NCBI GenBank assembly: GCA_048882045.1
Contig: JBHLRZ010000023.1
Location: 1-53,563, forward strand
Length of the DNA: 53,563 nt
Direction: 5' to 3'
Source: Candidatus Thorarchaeota archaeon
GTDB lineage: Archaea; Asgardarchaeota; Thorarchaeia; Thorarchaeales; Thorarchaeaceae
A model generated the notes under the pieces. The model saw only the letters and a program-made list of their open reading frames with translations, made no database searches and was not told the origin of the DNA. Both the position numbers and the translations under genes were made by a program. This document shows, piece after piece, positions 9,065 through 18,111 of this stretch. Numbering within the stretch: position 1 is the first letter of the stretch; each line of letters starts with the position of its first letter.

Positions 9065-10018
9065 TCAGTAATCGACACCAAGTTTCTTGGATAGCTTCTC
9101 AAGCATGTCCTTGACCATTGCTGCTAGGTCATATTCGGGTTTCCAGCCCCACTCCTCACGAGCAGCACTGTCATCTAGTGAAGATGGCCATGTTTCTGCA
9201 ATCTGCTGTCTGAAGTCTGGTTCATAACTGATCTCAAACTCTGGAATGTGTTTCTTGATCTCAGCTGCTATCTCCTCAGGTGCAAAGCTCATTGCAGTTA
9301 TGTTGTAGCTACGATGAATTAGTTTCTCTGCAGGGGCTTCAACCAGATCTATTGTACATTTCAAACAGTCGGGCATGTACATCATGGGTAAGTAGGTTCC
9401 CTTGTCGAGGAACGATGTGTACTTCTTGTTTTTCAGAGCCTCGTAGAAGATTTCAACTGCGTAGTCAGTCGTTCCTCCACCGGGCAGAGCCTCTGAGCTG
9501 ATGATCCCTGGATACCTGAGCGAGCGGAAGTCCATGCCATAACGTCTGACATAGTACTCTCCCCACAATTCGATGAATACTTTCGAAACTCCATAGGCAG
9601 TGGTTGGTCTCATGATGACATCATTTGGAGTGTTCTCTTTTGGGGTGTTAGGTCCAAAAGCTGCGATGGAACTTGGAATGTTCACCTGATCGATATTAAG
9701 GATTCTCACAGCTTCAAGAACATTGTAAGCTCCCTCAATGTTGGTCCTGTAGGCCAACTGCGGGTTTTTCTCTCCTGTGCCCGACAGAAGGGATGCATTG
9801 TGGATTACGACATCGATATCATTATCGACCAGCATTGCGTGAAGCTGGTTCGTGTCCAGAACATCTAGCTGAAGATAGGGTCCTCCTTCCTTGAGAATTG
9901 CAGGTGGCTTTTTCCTACCAGTAGCAACGACGTTCTCGCCTCCATATTTCTTCCTAAGAGCTCCGATGAGTTCAGTTCCAATTTGTCCGTAGCTGCCAGT
10001 CACCAGTATCCGTTTCAT
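9065..10018 (-). CDS. tdh: L-threonine 3-dehydrogenase, SDR / NAD-dependent epimerase type
   Basis: MKRILVTGSYGQIG, PSSIAAFG, YGVSK catalytic motif, RYPGIIS, PGGGTTDYAV, LPMMYMPD. True start is ATG 10018 with GAGGGATGA upstream, not 10204. Confidence 0.92.
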   Translation of the reverse strand: MKRILVTGSYGQIGTELIGALRKKYGGENVVATGRKKPPAILKEGGPYLQLDVLDTNQLHAMLVDNDIDVVIHNASLLSGTGEKNPQLAYRTNIEGAYNVLEAVRILNIDQVNIPSSIAAFGPNTPKENTPNDVIMRPTTAYGVSKVFIELWGEYYVRRYGMDFRSLRYPGIISSEALPGGGTTDYAVEIFYEALKNKKYTSFLDKGTYLPMMYMPDCLKCTIDLVEAPAEKLIHRSYNITAMSFAPEEIAAEIKKHIPEFEISYEPDFRQQIAETWPSSLDDSAAREEWGWKPEYDLAAMVKDMLEKLSKKLGVDY

Positions 10019-10164
10019 TCTATCATCCCTCAGGATATGATGTATGTACGCGAGAGGCCGAGAAGTCCTCGTTTTAAGTGTTGACCTTAAGTTTGAATTC
10101 CTTCGTTGTCGTTCAGGAGGTAGACTGAATAGTAAGTTTTCCAACGGTAGGTTGTGGGATAGGA

Positions 10165-10821
10165 ATGGTTTCACAGCGCAGCATATCTTGGATTGGTCCA
10201 TCACTTGCTGTTGTTGTTATTCTGATTGGTGTCCTGAATTTTCAACTTGTCACGAAATATGATTTGCTTACTTCTATCAGTAACTACGTACATTTACTAT
10301 CACTCTCGCCTCTTATTATGTTCTACAACCCTATTCATTTGCTCCTCATCTTTCTCTTCATAGCTGTGTTCGGTTGGTTTTGATGGAGAGATCCGCTCTC
10401 AGTCATCTTTTTCTTTCTTTCATTCTTCGCTTCAGGTGTGAATTGGCAACCTTCTCCGTACCTATACCCCCCAGGAGTTGTAATCGACTATCTCCCGCTG
10501 TTCTTTTTTGTTGTACCGGGATCAGCTTTCGTCTTTTTCAATTCTTTAGAATCCGTTCTCTTCATCATTTCTGCAATCATTCTATCAATACTATCGGTTC
10601 TAACAATGGAGTTCGTGGAACTTGTGTGCACTCGTAAACTGAAATCCTACAGATCTGCTTTCCTCATATTCATAATTTCAGTCGTCTGGAGTTTCCTCCC
10701 AGCACTTCCACTATTGCTTCACCCGTATGTAAAATCTGTAATATCACTTCCATTCGGTCCAGTCGCCGCTCTCTTTGCTTTACCAACAATTGATAACTTC
10801 AGAGGGCCCAGACCAGTCTAA
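10165..10821 (+). pseudogene. Membrane protein gene interrupted by one in-frame TGA (10381-10383); paralog of the next gene
   Basis: ORFs 10165-10383 and 10438-10821 share a frame and the sequence between them is open (GWF*WRDPLSVIFFFLSFFASGVNWQPSP). The joined 218-codon product resembles 10902-11534 (FFASG vs FFVSG; LPFGPVAALFALPTI vs VPLGPLSALILLPRI). Confidence 0.6.
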
Positions 10822-10901
10822 GGGAATAGTACTAACCTTATTCCATAATCAGATTGATATCTATATCACTACAGAAAGAGTATTGTGGAGAGGGAAGTCG
10901 A

Positions 10902-11534
10902 ATGGACCTACCGAGAGGAATGAAGTGGGTTGGACCACTTTTTCTAATATTGTACATTGCTCTGTGGTTGAGCAGAGGTTTGGTCCCGTTTGCAATTATG
11001 TTGGTATATGCCTTCGCTATACCCCTTTTCTTGCCCTTAATCATCTTCGTCTTTATACTCCTCTTCATGGTTCTACAAGATAGACATGCTGAGACCACAC
11101 TTGTAGCCTATCTGTGCTTCTTTGTGTCTGGGATTTTGATAGAACCTGTGCCAACTCCAATCGGAGGAATCCCTCTTCCTAATCCACCATTGCCACCACC
11201 GGATATAATGTCTGCACCAATCATGTTTCTCACGTCATTGGTGGGTCTACTTGTACTCCTAATCCACAGCTCTTATGTCACCCCAGTGATTGTAGTTGCT
11301 ATAATTGTTGAAATCTTATCCATTATCACTGTGCTAGTCACATCCTCTTTTGCTAACGGACAACTTGGATGTGTGCAAACCATGATCCTGCTTGTCATGA
11401 TACTAATCTTCTTCACTTTCTCCTATATCCCACTCATCCCTTGGTTTGGTCATGTGCATTATATGCCAGTACCTCTCGGACCATTATCCGCGCTCATTCT
11501 TCTACCTCGGATTTCAGAGAAAAATACTCAATGA
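10902..11534 (+). CDS. Hypothetical multi-pass membrane protein with proline-rich loop
   Basis: About 6 hydrophobic segments, loop PVPTPIGGIPLPNPPLPPPD; ATG 10902 has GGAGAGGG upstream. Confidence 0.7.
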   Translation: MDLPRGMKWVGPLFLILYIALWLSRGLVPFAIMLVYAFAIPLFLPLIIFVFILLFMVLQDRHAETTLVAYLCFFVSGILIEPVPTPIGGIPLPNPPLPPPDIMSAPIMFLTSLVGLLVLLIHSSYVTPVIVVAIIVEILSIITVLVTSSFANGQLGCVQTMILLVMILIFFTFSYIPLIPWFGHVHYMPVPLGPLSALILLPRISEKNTQ

Positions 11535-11620
11535 ATGATGACATAGTGCGTGGAACCGCTGTTTTTTATTATCTTTTCAATCATATCTGCTTACCATTCG
11601 AGATAGGAGAAATTTCAGGA

Positions 11621-13231
11621 ATGGAGTTTGGAAGAAGATCACACAGGATGGTCTGTATTGTTGTCGCAGGTCTGCTGTTTCTCAGTTCTGCATCTTCAGT
11701 AGCGGCAAATCAGTTTGTCCCTGCGATTGGTTCCACATTCATCACATTTTTTGGAGGATCCAACTTTGAGGATGCGACGAAGGTTGCCTTTGACAACGAT
11801 GGAAACACCATACTGATTGGACAGACTCAATCAGACAACCTCAACACTACCGATAACGCTTTCCAACCTGACGAAGGTGGTGGAGATTGGGATGCATTCA
11901 TAGCGAAGTTCAATCCAATGGGGGAACTTGCCTTCTGTAGTTACCTCGGTGGTACTGATTATGAACACATCACATCAGTGAATGTCGATGTTGATAACAA
12001 CATAGTAGTTGCTGGAACAACAGCAAGCACTGGACTGCCAACAACACCAGGAGCACTTCATGAGACCCTGATTGGTTCGACCGATGGCTTTGTCTTCGTC
12101 ATCGCACCCAACGGGACTATTCTATATGGGACATATTTTGGTGGAGCGCAAGAAGACTGGATTTACGGTATGGAGTTTGATGATTCGGGTAACCTGTTGT
12201 TTAGTGGTTGGACCAATTCAATTGGACTAGCAACCTCAGGCGTATATCAGACAGCATATGCAGGTGGAGGTGCTGATGCATTCGTTGCGAGACTTAGTGC
12301 TGACTGTTCAACACTACAGATGTTCACATATATTGGCGGCGCTGGTGACGACAGAGCTTGGTCGATGACAATTGATGACTCTGATGACTACATTATCAGT
12401 GGGGTTGCAGGAGCTGGATTTCCAATAACCGCTGGAGCCTATCAGAGCTCACATGGTGGACTCTCTGATGCCTATCTCACCAAGGTCTCTTACGCAGGAG
12501 ACTCGTTGAACTTCAGTACATACCTCGGAGGTATAGCTAATGATCTGGGGCTTGGGGTCGATGTCGACAGCCAGGGTAACATTATCTTGACAGGTGACAC
12601 GGAGTCTGATGATATCACCACACTGAATGCTGTCCAAGGAACTTTCGCCGGAGGAACCAATGACTTCTTTGCATCAAAGTTCAATGCGACAGGATATCCT
12701 TCCTTTGTGACATACATAGGTGGTAATGCAACAGACAGATGTTGGGACGCGAGAGTAGATGCTGATGATAATCTTGTTCTTGTTGGGAGAACGAGCTCGG
12801 TCGATTTTCCCGCATTTGCTGGTATGAATAATACAAAATCTGGTGGATTTGATGCTTGCGTGACTATGCTATCCTCAGATGGCCAGACAATCTACGCTTC
12901 TACCTTTATCGGTGGTGATGGAGAAGACATAGGTGAGGGCATTGCAGTCAACAGTCTCGGGGACATTGTGGTGACTGGTAGGACCTGGTCAGCCAATTTT
13001 CCAGTATCAGAAGGTGCTCAACAAGAGGAGATAGGAGGACTGTCAGATGTCTTTGTCTGTCATGCTCCGTTCTACAACCGAACTCTTCCTCCAACTGCTT
13101 CTTGGACGACAACATCTCCTACACCTAGTGGGTACCCTACCTTGGATACGACCACTATTTTGATACTTGCTGCAACTGGAGGTATCGTCGCCGTAATAGT
13201 TCTAGCAGTTCTATTGGTCTATAAGAAGTAG
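11621..13231 (+). CDS. SBBP-repeat beta-propeller cell-surface protein with C-terminal TM anchor
   Basis: Signal peptide, about 7 repeats of TY.GG...D....+.VD..GN+++.G.T.S..FP, Thr/Pro-rich linker, TM plus YKK. Start 11621 avoids overlap with the upstream gene. Confidence 0.88.
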   Translation: MEFGRRSHRMVCIVVAGLLFLSSASSVAANQFVPAIGSTFITFFGGSNFEDATKVAFDNDGNTILIGQTQSDNLNTTDNAFQPDEGGGDWDAFIAKFNPMGELAFCSYLGGTDYEHITSVNVDVDNNIVVAGTTASTGLPTTPGALHETLIGSTDGFVFVIAPNGTILYGTYFGGAQEDWIYGMEFDDSGNLLFSGWTNSIGLATSGVYQTAYAGGGADAFVARLSADCSTLQMFTYIGGAGDDRAWSMTIDDSDDYIISGVAGAGFPITAGAYQSSHGGLSDAYLTKVSYAGDSLNFSTYLGGIANDLGLGVDVDSQGNIILTGDTESDDITTLNAVQGTFAGGTNDFFASKFNATGYPSFVTYIGGNATDRCWDARVDADDNLVLVGRTSSVDFPAFAGMNNTKSGGFDACVTMLSSDGQTIYASTFIGGDGEDIGEGIAVNSLGDIVVTGRTWSANFPVSEGAQQEEIGGLSDVFVCHAPFYNRTLPPTASWTTTSPTPSGYPTLDTTTILILAATGGIVAVIVLAVLLVYKK

Positions 13232-13343
13232 GGGACCTTTGGGTTTCCCAACTTTTCTTTTTGCAACCCTGTTCTAAGATTAGATTGATATCTAACCAAT
13301 TCCATACTATACGTGGAGGTTTCGAGGAGGGCAGAAAGAAGGT

Positions 13344-15008
13344 ATGAAAAAAGGAGTACAATCCACCATGCTGTTGGTTCTCCTTGTTCTCTCTATCATG
13401 CCTCTCTATTTTCCATTCGTCGTTGATTCCGGTGTCATTGACCCTCCTCGAAATCTTACACTGCAACACGAATTAGCCACTGAAACAACAGACCTAGTAT
13501 CATTGACTTGGACATCTAGAAACCAGACAGATCCCCTCCCTGTGCAGAATAATTCTGTGCTCTCAGGGGACCATGTCATTCTCACGAGCGTCTGGGATGT
13601 CCCAGTCCTATCATCACGTATGACACTATCACGGGGATTCAATGAAACAAGAACCGGGCTAGTACCTGCTCCGATTTATGAAGATGCCTGGCCGACTCTT
13701 CTTTGTCGCAAAATTAATTATTCAATGGAACTCTTTGAGGGAATTCATGAAGGCGACAGAGTAGATATTGCGTTGAATATGAGCAGCAATGGTGATCCTG
13801 CCTTTGATGTCATGTTAGTACAAGGTGTTAATCCAGACGACAATATTACAGAGGTCAGAGATGGTGGAACACTCCTTTTCATGAGAGATGATTATGGCGG
13901 CGGTGGGGCAGAATCCCTTTCCTTCATAGCCAACGAAAGTTATGATATAGCTGTGTTTGTCTATTGCTGGGCTTGGGCTTATGTTGATAACATGACATAC
14001 GACCTCTCGGTGTCTTCTCTATATTCAATCACTGCTGACAATGGAGAAACTGATCCATCCAGGATCAGATACGACACATACTATGAGATAGGGAATTCAG
14101 TCTTCAATGTGACCTTGGAATCTTGGGAGGGAACTGAGAGAAGAAAGTGGGAGTACAGGAATTTGTCATTTGTGAACTACTTTGCTCCTGACATCACTGT
14201 ATTAGATGCAATCGATCTTGGTGGAGATATGTACAATATCACCTGGTTGTCAGTTGATCCGAACGAAGAGGATACCAATTACTTCTCAGTTTCGGTGAGT
14301 TATGACGGAGGTCAAACATATTATCTCTTGGCGCAAAATCATACTGACTCATTCTTTGTCTGGGACTCGACAGGTTTCTTGACCCAGGACTATCACATTA
14401 GAATCAAGGCATACAGTTTAGATTTCTCGAATCCAATATGCAGAGTTGACCATCCACCATCAAGCTACTGGCCAGGGGATTTCAGTACTGCATCGATATT
14501 ACTAGAAGCTGGAGATGGACCCTATGATTGGTGGATACCATTACCTTCAACCCTGAGTTCCCCCGCAGACATCTCATACACGGTTGGTTCAATTGGAAAT
14601 CAAATTGTTTGGATCCATTCAGACTCGTATCTTTCCTCATACCCGTTTGTTGTAACAAAGGATGGTGTAAACTACAAATCCGGATATTCTGTGAATAGAA
14701 GAATAGTTGTTTCAATTGATGATTTACCAATTGGCAGATATGAGTTTGAGGTGACTATGTTCAGCCTTTCTGATACTGTACTGGTTCAAGTAGTTCCATT
14801 ATCGGATACTCTGAGTCTGGCAGATACTGCACTTCTTTCAGGAATAGCAAGAGGTGTTTCATTGGGTTCAGCGATTGTAATCCTAATGTCAATTGTTTCC
14901 ATCAATCGTTTGGTGAGAAGAAAGAAGTTCGAAGCCATGACCGCTGTTGAACCGTTAATAATTGTTGACCCAAGTTCCATCCTTTTGACAGATACGGAGG
15001 ATTCTTAG
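13344..15008 (+). CDS. Cell-surface protein with FN3/Ig-like domains and C-terminal TM (paralog A)
   Basis: Signal peptide, many N-x-S/T sequons, FN3-like ITW..DPN..DTNY.SV.VSYDGG, additional Ig-like module, TM then basic residues. Confidence 0.8.
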   Translation: MKKGVQSTMLLVLLVLSIMPLYFPFVVDSGVIDPPRNLTLQHELATETTDLVSLTWTSRNQTDPLPVQNNSVLSGDHVILTSVWDVPVLSSRMTLSRGFNETRTGLVPAPIYEDAWPTLLCRKINYSMELFEGIHEGDRVDIALNMSSNGDPAFDVMLVQGVNPDDNITEVRDGGTLLFMRDDYGGGGAESLSFIANESYDIAVFVYCWAWAYVDNMTYDLSVSSLYSITADNGETDPSRIRYDTYYEIGNSVFNVTLESWEGTERRKWEYRNLSFVNYFAPDITVLDAIDLGGDMYNITWLSVDPNEEDTNYFSVSVSYDGGQTYYLLAQNHTDSFFVWDSTGFLTQDYHIRIKAYSLDFSNPICRVDHPPSSYWPGDFSTASILLEAGDGPYDWWIPLPSTLSSPADISYTVGSIGNQIVWIHSDSYLSSYPFVVTKDGVNYKSGYSVNRRIVVSIDDLPIGRYEFEVTMFSLSDTVLVQVVPLSDTLSLADTALLSGIARGVSLGSAIVILMSIVSINRLVRRKKFEAMTAVEPLIIVDPSSILLTDTEDS

Positions 15009-15053
15009 CAATTGAGGATAAAGATAGTTTTGTGAGGAGGTTTGTGAGAAGAA

Positions 15054-16460
15054 ATGAAACTTGATAATGAAGGTTTGATACTTTTTCTCGTAATCTCTTT
15101 ACTTATCTTCAATTGTCCAAATGCCTTCGATTATGGTTTCATGGACTCTCCTCGAAACCTCCTTTATGGATATACTAGTGCTGAAACTAATGTTTCATTT
15201 ACTTGGACCTCAAGATGGCAACCAGAACCTCAAGATATCGTCAATTTCTCATCAATAGCTGGCGATCATATTATCATTCGTAGTTCATGGGATATCCCAG
15301 TAGAATCTTCATCGATTCGGATTCAGAGTGGGATCTACGACACTCGAACAGGAGATGTGGCAGCACCAATAGATCCCGATGTGTGGCCTCGTCCCCTCTG
15401 CTGTGAGCAAAATTATACTTGGGAAACATTCAGTGGAATTCATGCAGGAGATAAGATTCGAGTATCTCTAAACTTCAGTGAGGAAGGGGATCCAGCCTTT
15501 GATGTATGGTCTTGGAAAGATTCAGACCAAGACAATGAGATCGACGTAGGTGAACTCGGAATGAGTTCATTGATTCAAGTGGATGTGGGAGGTTTGGGGG
15601 TGAACGAGTCCGCAACCTTCAGGTCGCTATTCACCCAAGATATCGCAATCCGAGTCTTTTGTTGGACTTACGCATATAGAAGCAACATGACATACATTCT
15701 CAATGTTGATACTAGAGAATCTGTTTCGATTGAGAATGAATCCGGTAATCCATCAGAGGTTATCTTTGACACCTACTATTTACTACGGAATACCACAGCG
15801 AATATCACATTGAGTGCATCATATGACTCTATAGCGGTGTCGACTCAATTTAACAGTGTGACTTTCGGGAACTACTTTGTACCTCATATCGAATTCGTTT
15901 ATCCTCCTCCCACATCTGTGAATAATGACAATTCACAGTTCGGGATGAGTCAGGAGATACTTCAGATACCAGTCCGTGAGGGTATTGTTCAGCTCACATG
16001 GTATTGTAGTGACCCGAATGCAAATGATACAAACTACTATTCTGTCTGGCTTAGTAGTGATGGAGGATTTACATTCCAGTTACTAGCGCAGAATCTTACA
16101 GAAAATCATTACGACTGGAACTCCACTGGATTCATCGATTCAGATTACATCTACAGGATACGAGCCTATAGTTTAGATCTGACTATGGAGATTAATACAA
16201 CACGTCTCTGTTCAACTGCAACTCCTCCAGGGAGTTATTGGCCTGGTGATTATGCGGATGTGGTCACTGACTACTGGCCACAACATATCATCCCTGTTAC
16301 TAGTTCCGATACTACCTCAATTACCGATGACAACCCATCTGCGACTACCGACTTTCTCTCGCCATTGCTTGTCCTCTCGATTGGCATAAGTGCTGGAATG
16401 ATATCCGGTATAATAGTGGTAGAGATCCTCAGGAGGAAGAGAATTACAAAAATTGAATGA
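15054..16460 (+). CDS. Cell-surface protein with FN3-like domain and C-terminal TM (paralog B)
   Basis: Collinear with 13344-15008 (WTSR, GDH, GIH.GD, GDPAFDV, LLAQN, STGF, AYSLD, SYWPGD); Thr-rich linker, TM, RRKR. Confidence 0.8.
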   Translation: MKLDNEGLILFLVISLLIFNCPNAFDYGFMDSPRNLLYGYTSAETNVSFTWTSRWQPEPQDIVNFSSIAGDHIIIRSSWDIPVESSSIRIQSGIYDTRTGDVAAPIDPDVWPRPLCCEQNYTWETFSGIHAGDKIRVSLNFSEEGDPAFDVWSWKDSDQDNEIDVGELGMSSLIQVDVGGLGVNESATFRSLFTQDIAIRVFCWTYAYRSNMTYILNVDTRESVSIENESGNPSEVIFDTYYLLRNTTANITLSASYDSIAVSTQFNSVTFGNYFVPHIEFVYPPPTSVNNDNSQFGMSQEILQIPVREGIVQLTWYCSDPNANDTNYYSVWLSSDGGFTFQLLAQNLTENHYDWNSTGFIDSDYIYRIRAYSLDLTMEINTTRLCSTATPPGSYWPGDYADVVTDYWPQHIIPVTSSDTTSITDDNPSATTDFLSPLLVLSIGISAGMISGIIVVEILRRKRITKIE

Positions 16461-16515
16461 TGAAGTGAAAGGAGAGAAATTTCCAGTTAATTCTACAGAA
16501 AAAGTAGAGAATGGA

Positions 16516-17655
16516 TTAATAGTTGCGACCCAGTTCAACACCTGGAAATTCATGAAGGCAGTTGTTGCATTGAATCATTCCACTGTCTGGTATTTTGGTG
16601 TGTGAGTAGTTGTAAGTTGCTTTGCATTTGGGACACTCAATTGTCAGCGTTGCATATCTACTGTTCAATTCGCCACGAAGAGTAGGAAGTCCTAAAATCT
16701 CCCAAACCCCTACTGTTTTAGCACTGGTCAAAAGAGGAAGTTCTCTAGAGCTGATTTCTAGATTCTCGTCAGTAAGTTCTCTACAGTCATTCAAATCATA
16801 GATGATATCTACATTGGATGCAACTCTGACTAGATATTTTAATAGAGGAATTAGATTGGGTTGTTTTGAATAGACTGGATAGTCACATTGATGCTTTTCA
16901 ACAATTGATGATGACTGTTTCAATATCCCAATAATCGTGTTCAGGAATTTGTCAGATGGGACAGTTACACGTATCCCAGTTTCCCATCCATCTGGTCCAA
17001 TCATCTTCCCTGCAACTACTTCTCTCTTTTTTACTGAAGTAGATATTACTACAATTGTCCTATCACCCATTGGATACAAGATTAGATACTGCGGATAGAC
17101 AACCATCAGCTTTGCTTCACTTCCCATATCGCTCAATACTCCTCCGAACAGAACTTTGGAAAGAGTTGACGTGGATAATCTCTCAATCATTTCATACCCG
17201 GCTGACAATTCCTTCAGTAATTTCATGAATGTTGAATCTCCCTCATGTTCCTTCTCCTTTCTTACAAGAGCATAGAGGGGATTCATGTAGCTTCGTTTCT
17301 CTTCTCTCTCAAGTTCCAGTGGGACAATGTCCTTTGGCAATATCACGAGTCCTCTAGGAATAGGTACCTCAACTATCATTCCCATTTGAATTCCTATCAC
17401 ATCGAATAGATTAGAGTCCTGCATGTAGATTACTGGGTATTGTAATCCTTCCAATTCGAGTTTCTGAAAGAATCGAAATCGACCTGTCTGGTAGGTGACC
17501 TTGGTGCCTGGCTGTACCTGAGATCCAGCATGCCAGACGTAGATCCTCTTTGACGTACTTTTTAATAATCCAGTAAACATCTGGTCTGAGTTTGCCTCCA
17601 TAACTTGTCGGATGCTTTCGAAAACTAAATCCAATCTCGACTCATCGCTTTGCAT
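16516..17655 (-). CDS. Hypothetical protein with C-terminal zinc ribbon
   Basis: CPKC-X16-CNNC at the C-terminus; ATG 17655 preceded by AGGTGA. Confidence 0.7.
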   Translation of the reverse strand: MQSDESRLDLVFESIRQVMEANSDQMFTGLLKSTSKRIYVWHAGSQVQPGTKVTYQTGRFRFFQKLELEGLQYPVIYMQDSNLFDVIGIQMGMIVEVPIPRGLVILPKDIVPLELEREEKRSYMNPLYALVRKEKEHEGDSTFMKLLKELSAGYEMIERLSTSTLSKVLFGGVLSDMGSEAKLMVVYPQYLILYPMGDRTIVVISTSVKKREVVAGKMIGPDGWETGIRVTVPSDKFLNTIIGILKQSSSIVEKHQCDYPVYSKQPNLIPLLKYLVRVASNVDIIYDLNDCRELTDENLEISSRELPLLTSAKTVGVWEILGLPTLRGELNSRYATLTIECPKCKATYNYSHTKIPDSGMIQCNNCLHEFPGVELGRNY

Positions 17656-17666
17656 GTTATTATCAC

Positions 17667-18002
17667 CTAGAAATTCGTACCACAAGTTGGACAGATGAGA
17701 TCAGGGTCAATGAACGCTTGTTTGCACTTCTGACAGAATACAGGCAGTATTTGGTCCGGACTTATTTTAGGCAAAACATTGAGAGGAGCATCTTCCTCCC
17801 CCAAATTATAAACAAAGAAGGACTTCTTGCATTTGCATTCTATCGCTATGCCTATTTTCCAAGATTCATCCCACTCATTTTGCCCTGTTAATTGTATGAT
17901 AGGTTGCCAGGGTCGGTCCAGTTTTTTAATCCCGTTGACTGGATCATATTCAATCTTACTTTTCTTTCCACAATGAGGGCAGACTGTCTGTTCTTTTAGC
18001 AC
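17667..18002 (-). CDS. Small double zinc-ribbon protein
   Basis: CPHC...CKC and CQKC...CPTC pairs in 111 aa; GTG start with GGAGTGGG upstream; ends 11 nt before the next start. Confidence 0.75.
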   Translation of the reverse strand: MLKEQTVCPHCGKKSKIEYDPVNGIKKLDRPWQPIIQLTGQNEWDESWKIGIAIECKCKKSFFVYNLGEEDAPLNVLPKISPDQILPVFCQKCKQAFIDPDLICPTCGTNF

Positions 18003-18060
18003 TCTCTATCCCACTCCAACTTGACTTACATCATCGACTTCCTCGTATATAAGATATATG

Positions 18061-18110
18061 AAGAAGAAAGAGATGGTGCTTGGATTTAGGATTTTCAAGC
18101 ATCCATATCT
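18061..18110 (-). terminator. Hairpin plus U-rich tract directly after ppdK
   Basis: Minus strand ATGGATGCTTG...CAAGCACCAT stem (one bulge) followed by CTCTTTCTTCTT. Confidence 0.55.
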
Positions 18111-18111
18111 A

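Noticed and set aside
10019-10204. 62-aa N-terminal extension of threonine dehydrogenase in the ORF track
   Set aside because: Family homology starts at MKRILVTG (10018), which has its own RBS; the extension overlaps the divergent gene.
11369-11620. N-terminal extension of the SBBP protein
   Set aside because: Overlaps the upstream gene and would bury the signal peptide.
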